DNA from: Bilabrum cf. latius
Lineage: Eukaryota
Assembly: GCA_965178125.1 (NCBI GenBank)
Contig: OZ237755.1
Location: forward strand, 1-64,000
Direction: 5' to 3'
Length of the DNA: 64,000 bases
The translations under genes and the position numbers were made by a program. Numbering within the stretch: the stretch's first letter is position 1; each line of letters opens with the position of its first letter. Below are positions 37,244-49,311 of the stretch, piece by piece. Under the pieces are notes generated by a model, which had not been told where the DNA came from, did no database searches, and worked only from the letters and a program-made list of their open reading frames with translations.

Positions 37244-38694
37244 ATGGACGAGCACCTATCCCGAGACAGAAGCGGCGTTGTTGAGGATGCATCAACAAAG
37301 TTACTTCATAGAGTTGCAGAGAGCGAAGTATTGAAGTCCAATGCTCGTGTGGACGAGCTCAGAATAGATCTTCGAGCAGGTGCAGCCGGACAGCGTGGCG
37401 GCGCAAAGGGCATGATTGCAAGAAAGAAAGTGGCAGATCTGGATCAAAGTATTGAAGTGAGTGTGAATCGCGGCCGTGCGGCATAATACACAGTACCCGT
37501 GAGTGACCAAGAGAGACTGCTGAGTTGCTGCCACTGCTCATTCCCGTGTGTTCGCAGAGGGATCGCAAAGCCCTCCTCCACAAACACAACGTGCTACGCG
37601 CACATGGAATGGCACCAGATTCTATCAAGCACATGGAGATGCAAGGAACGCTTGGGCTCCCCGGCGTAGAAAGCCGTTGTGCTAAAGCTGATGATGATGC
37701 TCTCATGCGCGAGTTGGAGCAGATAGCAGAGCTCGGTTTGCCTTCAGCCGAGACATCCAGCACTGCCACAGCAGCAAGCAGTGGTCTGCAGGGATCTAGT
37801 GCCCGTGCAGGAACTGCTGCCGCTGGTCGATCGGCCGAAGAGCAGCGGCTGCACGAGGCTCGCAGGGCCCGACTGCAGGCCCTCGCCCAGCAGCAGCAGA
37901 TGCGCGCCTCGCTACCTACCCGTCCGGTGGCTCCACTGGATACTGATGACGCATTCCTGGAAGCAGTGGAAGGTGCCCCCGAGGGTCACCTGGTCCTCGT
38001 CTGCTTGCACGACGAAGTGAGCCGCATGTGCACTGCACTGCAATGCCTCTATTGCCACGAACTGGACTAGCACGGGGCATGCTAAACGACAAGAGAGCCC
38101 TTCTATCCTATCGATTGACTGTAACCATCAGGCCCATTCATCGCCCCGCAGACAGTGGATGAGTGCAGGCGGCTAGCAGCCGAGCTGCCACGCCTGGCAG
38201 GTCAGCTGCCGAGCGCCACGGTTTTCCTGGCGCGCTGCAGTGCAGTGGCACCCAAATTTGATCCGATCGCCCTGCCAGCCCTCGTGGCGTACCAGTGAGA
38301 TCAAGGGCCGTACATTGCTCTGCACTGCCATGCCGAAACAGCAGCTGAATTGCAGGTTGTCCTTCCCATCAATGTCTCGCGCATTGTTGATCCTTTCATG
38401 ACACTTTCTTGGATGTAACGCATATTTCACACTCGCAGAAATGGCGACACGATTGACAGCATCGTGTGCGCGACAGAGGAGGCCGGGTGCCTTGGTAAGC
38501 CAGATGCAATTGCGATCGCTCGGCTGGTGCACCGGCGGGTCGGAAAGACGACAAGCTTGCCTCCTCCATTCGGAATTCCATCAAAATTGGGCAGCAGCAC
38601 CTCTAGTGAAGATGCCGTGGTGGCCACCAGTGCGCGAGTGCAAGCGTACGCCGATGCTGGGCGCCGTGGGGGGAGCGACGACGATGACTTCTGA
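37244..38694 (+). CDS. Phosducin-like protein (thioredoxin fold), 3 or more introns; start uncertain
   Basis: GAKGMIA (compare the phosducin TGPKGVI motif), FLEAVE..VLVCLHD|TVDECRRL, FDPIALPALVAYQ|NGDTIDSIV, acidic C-terminus DDDF. Ends TGA. Confidence 0.75.
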
Positions 38695-38709
38695 TTTACA
38701 ACGAACCGT

Positions 38710-39255
38710 TCAGGTAGAGCTCGGCTTTGACACGACGCTTGATCTGCTCGCCTTTGCAGCCTTCAGCGCAGCCTTGATCTTGTCAAATTGCTCTTGGTTC
38801 CATGTCTCCGCCGACACATCGCCTGGGCCTCCCCTTCGAAGTAGCATTGTTAATTTGTCGCACTTCTCAGCATACCTGTGCCAGTTCAGTAGAAGGACAG
38901 AAATGCTTAAATAGTTTCAAGCAGTCAAGCACAGTGAACGCAAGACTAGCCGACTAGACTACTAACTTTGAGCTGCTGGATTCTACAGGCAGAAGCGACT
39001 ACGCCCACGCCATTCCTGCGGCTTCACCGAATACAGAGCCTGCTTCAGACCCCTTCAAAAGCCTGCAGACAAATGACAAGCATGAAATTGGCAGAGAAGC
39101 GCTGTAGTGCGGATCAAAGTCGCCAAACTGTGCAAAGGTGGATATGCTAACCCAGTGCCTACACCATCGGCCAATCCGTCGAGCCACCCTTGCCAGCTAC
39201 CGTGTGTCTTCGCTTCTCCAGCAGCAGTTGCTATTCCATCATCAATACTATCCAT
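38710..39255 (-). CDS. Yae1/LTO1 (ORAOV1)-family GX3-repeat protein; introns 39063-39151 and 38876-38966
   Basis: The spliced product has GSWQGWLDGLADGVGTG|LLKGSEAGSVFGEAAG (Gly every 4th residue), then AWA(TAG). Ends TGA 38710. Confidence 0.65.
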
Positions 39256-39419
39256 GTATCGTCCCGTGAGGGGAGGCGTGTGCACCTGTGTATCCGATTT
39301 AATGCATTACTAAACATCACGGTACAACAAGCAAGTGTCCGTTTCGCACAGTCGGCCAATTTGTGTCACTCTTGCACGGGTAATAGCAGATCTGATACAC
39401 ATTTTCAGTAGTTTATAGT

Positions 39420-42400
39420 ATGTCAGCGGAATTGCTTGCGCAGGATGCGTACAAATCCGACATCCTCTCGCGTGTGTTGCGATCTAGAGAAATCCCGAAA
39501 TCAAGCAAGATGGTAGCGCTTCAAGGAGTGTTTGGAACAGGATTTAACCGTCGAAATAATCTTTGTGTAGCTCAAGGCAAGTATGCATGCACGGTAGGGG
39601 GTAATGTAGTCACAGTTCTTGGTAAGATGCATAGAAGTGTTCAGTCGGAATTATATCTGCTGAATGGATCACTAGCTCCCCTTTAACAGCCTGTTGCTCT
39701 TCTCGCAGATGTATCAAATGGCAGCAAACGCTTCATTACTGGGAGAGAAGGAGGTGGCATCGGCGCCATCGCAACCTCTCCTGATGGCTAGTACCTGGCA
39801 GTTGCAGAGAGATCAGCGCCTGGAGAGCTGCCGCCCAGAGTATTTGTGCACGATATCTCATCATTAGATACAATTCGAGTTCTGCGGGCTGGTACTGAGA
39901 ACGGGTATTCTGACGTGGCGTTCTCTCCCGACGGGGACAGCGTTGCCACGGTTGGAGATGCGCCCGATTTCTTGCTGTCGGTGTGGCAGTGGAGGGAGGA
40001 GAGGGTGGTCCTGCGGACAAAAGCTTTCTCTCAAGAAGTTTTCAACGTCAGATTCTCCTAGGACGATGCAGGCCGGCTGACGACTAGCGGCACTGGCCAC
40101 ATCCGGTTCTGGCGCATGGCCCGCACATTCACCGGACTCAAGCTGCAGGGGCTCATCGGCAAGTTCGGCAAACACGACCTCAGCGACGTGGACGCCTTCG
40201 CCGAGATGCCCGATGGGAAAGTGTTGTCTGGCTCGGAGCAGGGCCTGCTGCTTCTTTGGGACGGGGGCTTCATCAAGTGCGAGGTGGCGCATGAGGACGG
40301 GAGGGATGCACATGGGGGCGCAGTGAGGGCCATGGTGCTGGACCGAAGGAGCGGGTGCTTCCTATCGGGGGGAGACGATGGGGCTATGCGGTGGTGGCCT
40401 GCCCAGCCGATTGACGCTGCGGAGGGCGGCGAGGACCAGCCGGTGGTCGGGCTGAGGCCGGTGCTGGAGGTGCAGCTGCCTGCCAGTGCGAGTGGGGATG
40501 GAGTTGGGGGTGAGGGGCAGGGGGAGGAGCAGGAGCAGGAGGAGGGCATGAGTCGACTTTCCAGGCCTTCTGTGCGGGCTGTGGTGCGACTAGACCTACC
40601 ATAGGCAGAGATCGGGGTAGGACCTGCAGGTGAGAGCAAGGAGGGGAGCGGCGAGGGCAAGGAGGGTGAGGAGGAAGAGGAAGACCTGCCGGCTGCAATC
40701 TAGACACTGGGTGTGGCCGAGCCGGATGTGGAGACCCTCGGCGTGTGGCTGGTGCTCGACGGCAATGGTGCCATCTGGAGATGCGACGCATCGCAAGGGG
40801 GCACACTGGAGCTGTTGCTGGAGGGGCACGGGGGCTCCGTGAGCGATGTCGCGCTCTCCTCTGTGGGGCGGTTCGCGGCTTCCGTGGCGACTGACGGCGG
40901 GGTGGTGGTGCAGGACTATGGCACGCAGCAGCTGGTGGCGATGGCCCGCAGCCAGGCCCCCTGCTCCGCGGTGGAGTGGGCGCCGCCTACGCTGGACCCG
41001 TCTGGATCATCGTTGGTCGTTGGCCACCAAGACGGCACGCTGCACGTGGCGGCAGTGGGCGCAAGCAGGCAGCTGGTCGTGACGCAGGCTCTCAAACCGC
41101 ACGCGGGGCGCTTGACGTGCGCCAGCTTCTCGCCGGATGGGAAGGTGCTCGCGACTGCGGGCGAGGACGGCATTGTCTTCTTGCTTGAGGCATCGCGAGG
41201 GGGCGGCCAGGGCGAGGGGGCGGTGCGGCTCAAGCCCAGGGGGTTCGTGAAAGTCACGGGCGCCGCTCGCCGCATCTCGTGGCGCGGGGACGGCCGCATG
41301 ATGCTGGTGGCATGCGCCTGGGACGAGGCCAGGATGGGCGCACCCCCCGGCCAGAGCGGGGTCGGGCCTGCCGATGTGGCCGCCAGCCCGCAGTCTGCTG
41401 CCTCTGGCTCCGTTGCTGCCCAGGCCAGCGGTGCCCTGCAGTCGGGTGCCACAGGTGCGATCGCATGCGCTGTGCCTGTCCCCTCCGTGGACGCCATACC
41501 CAGCACGGAGCACAGCTTCGAGCTTCCTCTGCCAGTGCTGCCGCTCTCTCTCGAGCTGCCGCTGCTCAAGGTGCAGGTGGAGGTGGAGGAGGACCCCGAA
41601 GAGGAGGACCGCCTGCGCAAGCTGGTGGACAAGCGCAGGCAGGACAGACTTAACAACGGAGAGCCCGAGCCCGAGGAGCCCGAGACGGTTGACTCGCTGA
41701 GGCAGGACGGGTCATTCCGGGGCGAGGATGGCCGCCTGTATCGCATCGAGGACAGGGCGCAGGACCCGCAGGCGGTGCTGGCGGCGGCCTTCTCGCCGCT
41801 GCCTCCGGAGGCAGTGCAAGAGCAGAGGCAGTTGCGTGGGTCCGAGCGGGCAGGTCCCGCTGTAGGCATGTGGCCGGCGGGTGGTGTCAAGGTGGGACCC
41901 TCGTCCGCCAGCCCAGCCGGCAGGTACGGCGCCGCACAGGCCCGTGCCCTGCTCGCCGTCTCTGGTGCATGCAGCTCTGTACTGCACGAGGTGAAGCTGC
42001 CGGAGCTGCCGTCCGAGGAGAAGGGAGAGGGTGGCCTTCTGCCAGTACAGGTGGTGCGCGCGCTGGCCACTTACGATGGGCCGCACGGGCCCACCAGTGC
42101 GCTGCAGTTGAGCTCGGATGGCAGGCACCTGCTGCAGTCTGGCTTGGATGGCGTGGTGGCGGTGCGTCCCGTGCTGCAGCCTTCTAGGTTCCTTGCCGTC
42201 GAGGCGGCGGGGGCGGATGCAGGCGGGGCCATGGCGGCTCGCCTGGTCTCAGGTCCCGATGCGGGGCTCGGGTCCTTTCTGGTGGTTGCGAGCGGGGACG
42301 GGGCGGTCCCGGTCTTTCGGCTGAGGCTGCGGGAGCTGGACCAGGCCGTGGATGCCGCTGCTGAGGCCGGCACGGACGGGTCGGACCGCAGGACCAAGCA

Positions 42401-45400
42401 GCTGCAGGCTGTGGTGGCGGCCGACCAAGCGGCGATGCAGGCACGCGGTGGAACCCTGGGCGGGGCCTCCAAGGTCTACGCGGCCATCGCGGGAGTGGGG
42501 GCAGAGGGGGATGCAGGGCCGGCCTCGGGCGCTGGTGCTGGGGGCCGCCCAGACGCCGGCATGGACGTGCAGCCTACACCTGCAGAGGCCCAAGGGAGCG
42601 CAGAGCAGTCGAAGCAGGGGGCGGGAGCGGGCGAGAGCAAGGAAAGGGAGGCTGGTGATGAAAAGGCAGAGTAGCCGGGAGGGGAGGGCGCTGACGAGGG
42701 CAAGGGAGAGAGCAAGGACGGGGAGGAAGAGGCAGGGGCGGATGCCACGGGGCCGGGCCCCGCCTTGGCCGCCGAGTAGGCCCTCAAGGCTGCCCTGGGG
42801 GAGGGAGCCCTGGGAGGCATGGCGCAGGACGCACAGAAGGAGGGCGAGTTTGTCGCCGTGGGACCAGCTCAGGAGGACACGCCCCTTCCGGATGTGCTCG
42901 CAGGGGACGCCGCAGAGGAGGAGGTGCTCCGCAAGACGAGCGCAGGGTACAGCTTGGAGCAGGAGAAGCAGCACGCCGAGCAGGACGCCCGCATGGAAGC
43001 CGCCGAGCGCGCCAAGGACGTGCAGCGGGCCAAGGTGCGTGCGCTGAGGGAGAGGTTTGCGGCACTGAGGGCTCGCATGGGCGAAGCATCGGCTGCCAAC
43101 GAGAGGAGCGTGCTGCCAGAGGCGGAACTTCAGCTGGACAAGGAGCTGGGGCGGCTGCTGCAGCGGCGAGGGGAGGACAGCGTGCGGCTGGTGGAGCGCG
43201 AGCTCGCCTATGATCTTACTCGCGCCCGCACGATGTTGCGCAGCACCCGGGAGCGCTACTAGGTGCAGGACGAGGAGGCCGGTGGTGCTCCACACGGCAG
43301 GGTGTGCGGGCTCACCCGGTCCGATGCCTTCGTGGATCCGATCCGGGGCTTCTCCATCGACCCCTCTCTGCGTGACGAGCCCAGCGGCATCACCGGAGGG
43401 GCGGGCCGTCGCGGGGCCAGCAGTCCGGTCGGAGGGATGTCCAGTGCAAGCGGGTACACGCGAGGCCTGCAGACGAGCAAGGCGGCGTCGGTGCGTTTCG
43501 GGCGGGGGCAGACGGCTGGCGGTCAGGACGGTGACGGGGCTGAGACCGAGGATGACACCCCGTTCGACGTGCTGTGCAGGGGGGGCAAGACCCTTGAGGA
43601 GCAGCGCGCCGAAGAGAGTGGGGAGGCCGAGATCGCGAATGGGTTTAAGGCCAGGCAGGCCCGGCGACTGGCTCGCAAGGCGGCGCTGCAGGCTCTGCTG
43701 GAGACGCGCCCGGGGCCGCAGGATCGGGACGAGTAGGAGGACGAGCGGCTGGCTGAGGCCACACGACTGGCGGGAGACATGCCGCTGAAAGAGGACCCTG
43801 CGTATAAGGTGCCGAGGAACATGCGGGCCAGTGCCTCCACCAAAGAGGCACAGCTGAGGCAGGTGGTGACCCGGCTGCACGATCTGCGGCGGGCGTTCAA
43901 CGCGCGGGTGGCCTTTGTCAGGCGACTCAGGGCCCGCGTGGTGCAGGCAGTTGCGCTCAACGACGTCGAGTGCAGTCGACTTACCGCGGATATTGGTGGG
44001 GACCCGGCTGCGTTCAGGGTGCTGCCCAGGCTGCTGCACGTGCCGGCTCCCGAGGAGGCGTTGGCCACCGGGGGGCTCCCGGGGGCGCGAGGCACTGGCG
44101 GGCCCGGCCTGCAGGACGACTGCTTCGCCCAGCGCGCGTCCTCAGCCTCGTCCGCCACATGGGCCTCTGCCTCGAGACTGCTGCACACGGCTGCGCCAGC
44201 CACTGCACTGGTCCGCAGCCGTGGCCTGGCGCTCCCGGCCCTGCTGCCGGCCGCCGCCGCCCGGGCCTTCGAGGCTCCTTTAAGGCTGGCCAACGCGTTC
44301 AAGGACGCCTCTTAGCTGCAGGAGAGCGAGGCCGCCGCGCCCGTCCTGCCAACTGCTGCAGCTGCGTGTGTGCAGCAGTGGCCCGCTGCCGCCGCGAGCG
44401 CCATGGGTGCATACCTGGCCGCCAACTCGTGGAAGGAAGCGGCCCAGCCAGTGGCGGCGCTGCGAGCCCCTGCCTCCAGCCGGACTCCTGTAGACGAGAG
44501 CTGCGCCAGGGTGCTGCGGGCGGACCCGGTGGTGGTGCGGCAGAACGAACAAGAGCCGGTGGACCCGCAGGTGCAGCAGGTGCTGGAGCAGGTGCTTGTG
44601 CGCATGGAGCGCAGGAGGGCGCTGCTGCAGGAGAGGTCCATCCGGGCCTGCACCGGGCTGGATGCGGCGGTGGGGCAGCTGCAGCGCGAGAGGCACGTGG
44701 TGCAGGCCACGCTTGGGATGATCGCGCTGCGTGTCATGACGCTGCGTGCCGAGCTCCGGCTGCTGCAGGAGATGGCGCAGCGCGACAGGGCGCTAGAGGA
44801 GAAGCTCGAGAAGGCCGAGGGCGAGCGGGAGGACGTGCAGGCACACGTGTCTAGGGTGGAAGCTGATCTGGCGAGCAGGACGAGCGAGCTGGAGGCCGTC
44901 GGCAGCAAGGAGAGACAGGTGTCGGCGCAGCTGACAGAGGCGTTGCAGGGGTATCCCCAGGAGGCCCAGGAGGCCCTGAGGAAGATATTCCGGCGCAAGG
45001 TCAAGCGGGCAGCGCAAGGGGGCGCCGGGGATGATGGGGACAGCAGCAGCGACGAGGAGCTGGACCTCAAGGCGCTGGAAGAGATGGGCGACGGGGAGGA
45101 AGAGGAAGAGGACGAAGATGCCGTTGACGAGCAGCCCGCTGACGTGCCCAAGCAGCTCTTCGAGCGGGTGCTAGAGCTGCGGGCTCGCCGGGCTGACTGC
45201 GAGGCGGAAGGCCAGGACCTGCGCAAGGCCGTGGAGGAGCTCAAGGGGCAGGTGGACCGGGTGCTGCAAAAGCAGAAATCGGTGGCCAAGGAGGTGGAGG
45301 CCATCGAGGCTGAGCTGGCGGCATTCCAGGCGGAGAAGCAGCAGCGGCTGAATGAGATTCCAGTGGTGGTTCCCCTCGTGTTTGACCAGGTGGCTGTGGG

Positions 45401-46664
45401 GCAAGGGGTGGCTGTGCCGCTGCCACCTCCCACGGATGCTCTGGACGGCGGGGCGGGTCCTCTCGCGGACGCTCTGGCTGAGCAGGAGGGGGCGGAGCAG
45501 GGCGGAGGCGGGGCGGCGACTGCTGCCGCCAGCTCCATGGGGGGTGCTGCGACGGTGTCTTCTGCGGCTGGCACTAGCACGCACGTGGCCGCAGGCCGAC
45601 GGACTGCAGCCCCCTCTCACCCGGGTGTGTCTTCGGCCGACGCAGCCATGCGGGACGTCATGGGAGACATCGAGACTGGGCTCAGAGGAGATCCGGTGCC
45701 TGGGGCTGCGGGGGTTGGAAGCGGAGGTGCGTCGGCGAGCGGGTCGGGGTCTGGGTCGGGGTCTGACTCGCAAACTCGTCTGGAGTCCGGGATCAGTCTG
45801 CACGGGGGCGGGCAGCTCGTGCACGAGGGCAGGCTCCCTCGCTCGCTGGCAGAGGGAGCTGTCCTCGCCACGAGGGGCTCTCTGGTGATGCAGCGAGAGA
45901 CTACGCTCATGCGGCGGGCTGAGACAGTGACGTAGGCCCGACGGTTCGTGCAGCTGCAAAAGAGCAAGGTGTCGCTGCGCCGTCAGACTCGGGCAGCAGA
46001 GCGGGAGGTGCAGTCGATCGAGGAGCGGGCGCAGGACCTGGCCCGCCTCAAGTTCGGGAGGCAGGTTTCGCTGGATGCGCTGGACCGAGGAGACAGGGCG
46101 AGGGAGCTGCACCGCGCAGAGGCGCAGATCGGGGGCATGGAGGCGGTGCACTCCTTGCACGGCGGAGGGGTCAAGGCCAAGATCCAGCTGGCCAAGCAGC
46201 AGCTCCTGGAGCTGACCAAGGCCAACACGGATGCGCTCAAGGGAGTCAGAGAGCTAGTGCAGCAGCAGAGCCAGCTGGAGCAGCAGCTGAACCAGGGAGG
46301 CGTCGGCGCGCAGGGGATGCGGGCGGACGAGGAGAGGGAGGCCGCTGCGGGAGCAGAGCGCGAGAGGCTCCAGGCGCTGGTTCGGCAGTAGAGGCAGCAG
46401 ATGGCCCACCTGAGGGACCAGATCTCGCAGCTGAGGTACAAGTCGAGGCACCTGTACGATGCAGCGGTGGAAGCTGGGGCAGGTGGAGCGGGAGGTGGCC
46501 GCGTGATGGGCGCGAGGAGCTCGTAGGCCTCGCGAGCACATCAGCTCGCCGCTGGACCGGCTGCTGGGGGGCCCAGGCTGGCGGAGAGCAAAGAAAGAGA
46601 TGGTGCCGACGGGAGGTAGCAAGTGGAAGCTGGATTTGGAGGACTGGCCGGAAAGCACATGTAA
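39420..46664 (+). CDS. CFAP44: Cilia/flagella-associated protein CFAP44 (WDR52), ~2385 aa; intron 39622-39708
   Basis: LRAGTENGYS..FSPDG..ATVGDAPDFLLSVWQW, LRTKAFSQEVFNVRFS, GHIRFWRMARTFTGLKLQGLIGKFG, LLLWDGGFIK, YSLEQEKQ, EKQQRLNEI, KFGRQVSLDAL. All pieces are in one frame; ends TAA 46662. Confidence 0.93.
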
Positions 46665-46778
46665 TTAGATAGCAGCGACGTGCGTCGCCGATTCTGTGAA
46701 TTTCTTGAAAGAAAGTTCCGGGCTCGTCGCCACGTCCGTTCACGCGCCGGCCTCCTTACATACATTCTCCGAGCGACC

Positions 46779-48391
46779 ATGCAGGCGGTCATGCAGGCGT
46801 TACCCCCAACAACTTTGGGGTTCATGGCGGCATGTGTTTTGTTTTATGTCGTGGTTCAGTTTGCTTTGGAGGTGCCGCCAGGTGCAGTTGCGATTCAGCC
46901 GTACTTGGTCGCGTACGATTGGCAGATATACCGCCTGGTCACTGGGTGAGAGAGTCATGCGCTGCAAAATTTATTCGTGCAACATTGCGAAGACTGCTGC
47001 TTTGCTGAGGTGTACCGTGCTCAAGAGTGGAAACCTTCCGTACCGTTTCTTCTCGCAGCGCACTTGCGCACGGCAGCCTGATGCACATCGGAATGAATAT
47101 GATGTCACTATACTACATGGGGATATCATTGGAGTAGACATACGGCTCGGGCCCGCTCCTCGTCCTACTGACTTTCTTCACCCTGCTCGTCTCGTCGGCT
47201 TTCGTTGCTCTGTCTTGGATTGTCAGTTTTGTGGCGCCATCATGGATGATGCAATCCGCTGTTGGGTTTTCTGGAGTTCTCTTTGCGATGGCCGTGGAGG
47301 AATCAATGCTGTCCGCGGTGCCCACGAGGTCCGTTTTCGGTTTGTTCAACGTGCCTACCCGCTGGTATCCTTTGGCCCTACTTGTTATTCTGCAAGTAGT
47401 CCTGCCGGGCGTGTCGTTTACAGGCCACTTAGTTGGTTTGCTTGTTGGCCTGGCGCACGTTTCTGGCTACTTAAGATGGGCGATCCCGTCATGGCAGTCC
47501 ATGCTCTCCATCGAGGCTGCTCTGCAGCCGTGCAGACAGAGGCTCCCTCTTTTTGCCACTGCGCCACTGCGGGACCCCACGGGCCTTGAAGACGATGGGT
47601 CGGGCTAGGCTGGTGGAGGAATCGCCGCAGGAATGGCGGCCGCAACCGAAGCGGCGGGCACGGTGGGGGCATGGCTCGGCAGCGCCACTGCATGCTTGCT
47701 TGGGCTAGCGGTGGGCCAGGAGAGGGCGCAGGGGTGCGTGGGGGCAGTCAGGGGGGCGATTGAATCAGTAGCAGCTTGCTTGCGAAGACTCCCCGTGAGG
47801 TGGGGCCCGGCGGGTGCAGGTGCAGGTACAGGCGACGGCAATGCTGAGTCGGGGGTTGCGAGGGGGATGCATGCGGGCATGGCCGGCGGCCTCCAGCAGT
47901 CCAACGGGCCCTTGCCTGACAGTGGCCCTTTAGGCTCCGTCGCTGCTCGCGAGGGGGGCGGCGGGGATGCACCTGTGCGTGAGGAAGGTGTGTTTGCACC
48001 CAGTGGGGGAGGGGTAGGGAATGGGAATGGAGGGGTGCAGCAGGCTGTCAGGTCTGGTGCTCGGCTGGCCAGCGCAAGGAACAGCGTGGGGGCTGCATCT
48101 GAGGAACAGGAGGCGCTGGTGCTCGCCGAGTCTGGCATGGCTGACCTGGGCTCGTTGGGGCCCATCCGAAGTGCACCACGGGCCGATGCTGCCAGTGGGG
48201 CACGGGATGAGGGACGAGGGAATGGCCCGGGTGCAGCCCGTGGAGAAAGCCCGGGGGAGGGTGGAGGGTAGCAAGGCCGGCGGAATGCGCGGGGGTCAAG
48301 GCTGCTGGAGCAGTTCGAGAGGGAGAAGCAGGCTAAGAGGGACAGGTAGTCTCGAAGGGGCGGGGGCTCAGCAGAGGACTGGATGAGCTGA
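46779..48391 (+). CDS. Rhomboid intramembrane serine protease (RHBDD1-like); intron 46946-47058
   Basis: WQIYRLVTG|ALAHGSLMHIGMNM, catalytic AVGFSGVLFA and SFTGHLVGLLVG. TAGs in frame; ends TGA 48389. Confidence 0.9.
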
Positions 48392-49311
48392 GAAGTTGTT
48401 GCTTGAAGCAGTCTTGGTGTCTTCATGGATGTTCCAAAGTGTTAGTTTGCAGTGGCCCTGCATGACCCGTGAATAAATAGTGTGGTACACACGCTGTTCC
48501 CCGCGAACGTGCTGGTGCTAGGCAGCGAGCGAATGCGAGCCATTGCTACAGCAGACCACGAGAGGTGCGCATCGGCTGGACGAGTCGAAACCCGCCGCCC
48601 TTTGTCCTACTACCTATTCCGCAACTTGTCGAGCACCTATAGGAACTTGACAGGCCTTTCCCGGATTTCCCGGATCCCCCCCCCCAACACGTCAACCACA
48701 AAGGGTACGACCCACACACCACTGCGCACGATCCCTGTCTGTCTGCTCGCAGTCCCTGGACACCACTTGTCTTCATCTCCGATCCGGACGCCGAGCGCTC
48801 CGAGGTCGACGGGCCTGCCGTAGGTGGCCCGCTTCGTTACATGCGCGGCCCGCAAGGCAGATCCCTCTTGTCAGTCGCTGCCAATCCCCCACGATGAGCG
48901 GTCCCACCGGTACCATCGTGACGTTGATGAGGTACGCTGGCCCCTCATGATCAAAGAACAGGTCACTTCGAGGCACATGCGAACCATCCCGCCCGCCCCA
49001 ACATCCGGGCCACTTGGCTTCCTAGTTGGGCGTCTGCCCGTAGCCTCGTGTACCACCCGTTCCAGGGCACGTTGGGCACTCTGTTGGGCACTCCAGGGAG
49101 TCGGAAGTGCCTGCGGCCTGGTATTCCTCCGCAAACACGATTGTACTTGCACGTGGCACCGTGGCGAACTGATTGGGTCAGTTTGACTACCATACCCTGC
49201 TTCCGGCACACTGGGCAGACCCGTCAACAAACTGTGTGGTGGCTGCGTCGCAATCCGGAGCCGAAAAAATCTCTTTCTGCCGATCCGACCCACCACAACT
49301 GGCTGCCAACC

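Noticed and set aside
8018-46664. Interrupted genes as pseudogenes or sequencing errors
   Set aside because: The interruptions are exclusively TAG, with no frameshifts. Catalytic motifs are intact and many normally essential genes are affected.
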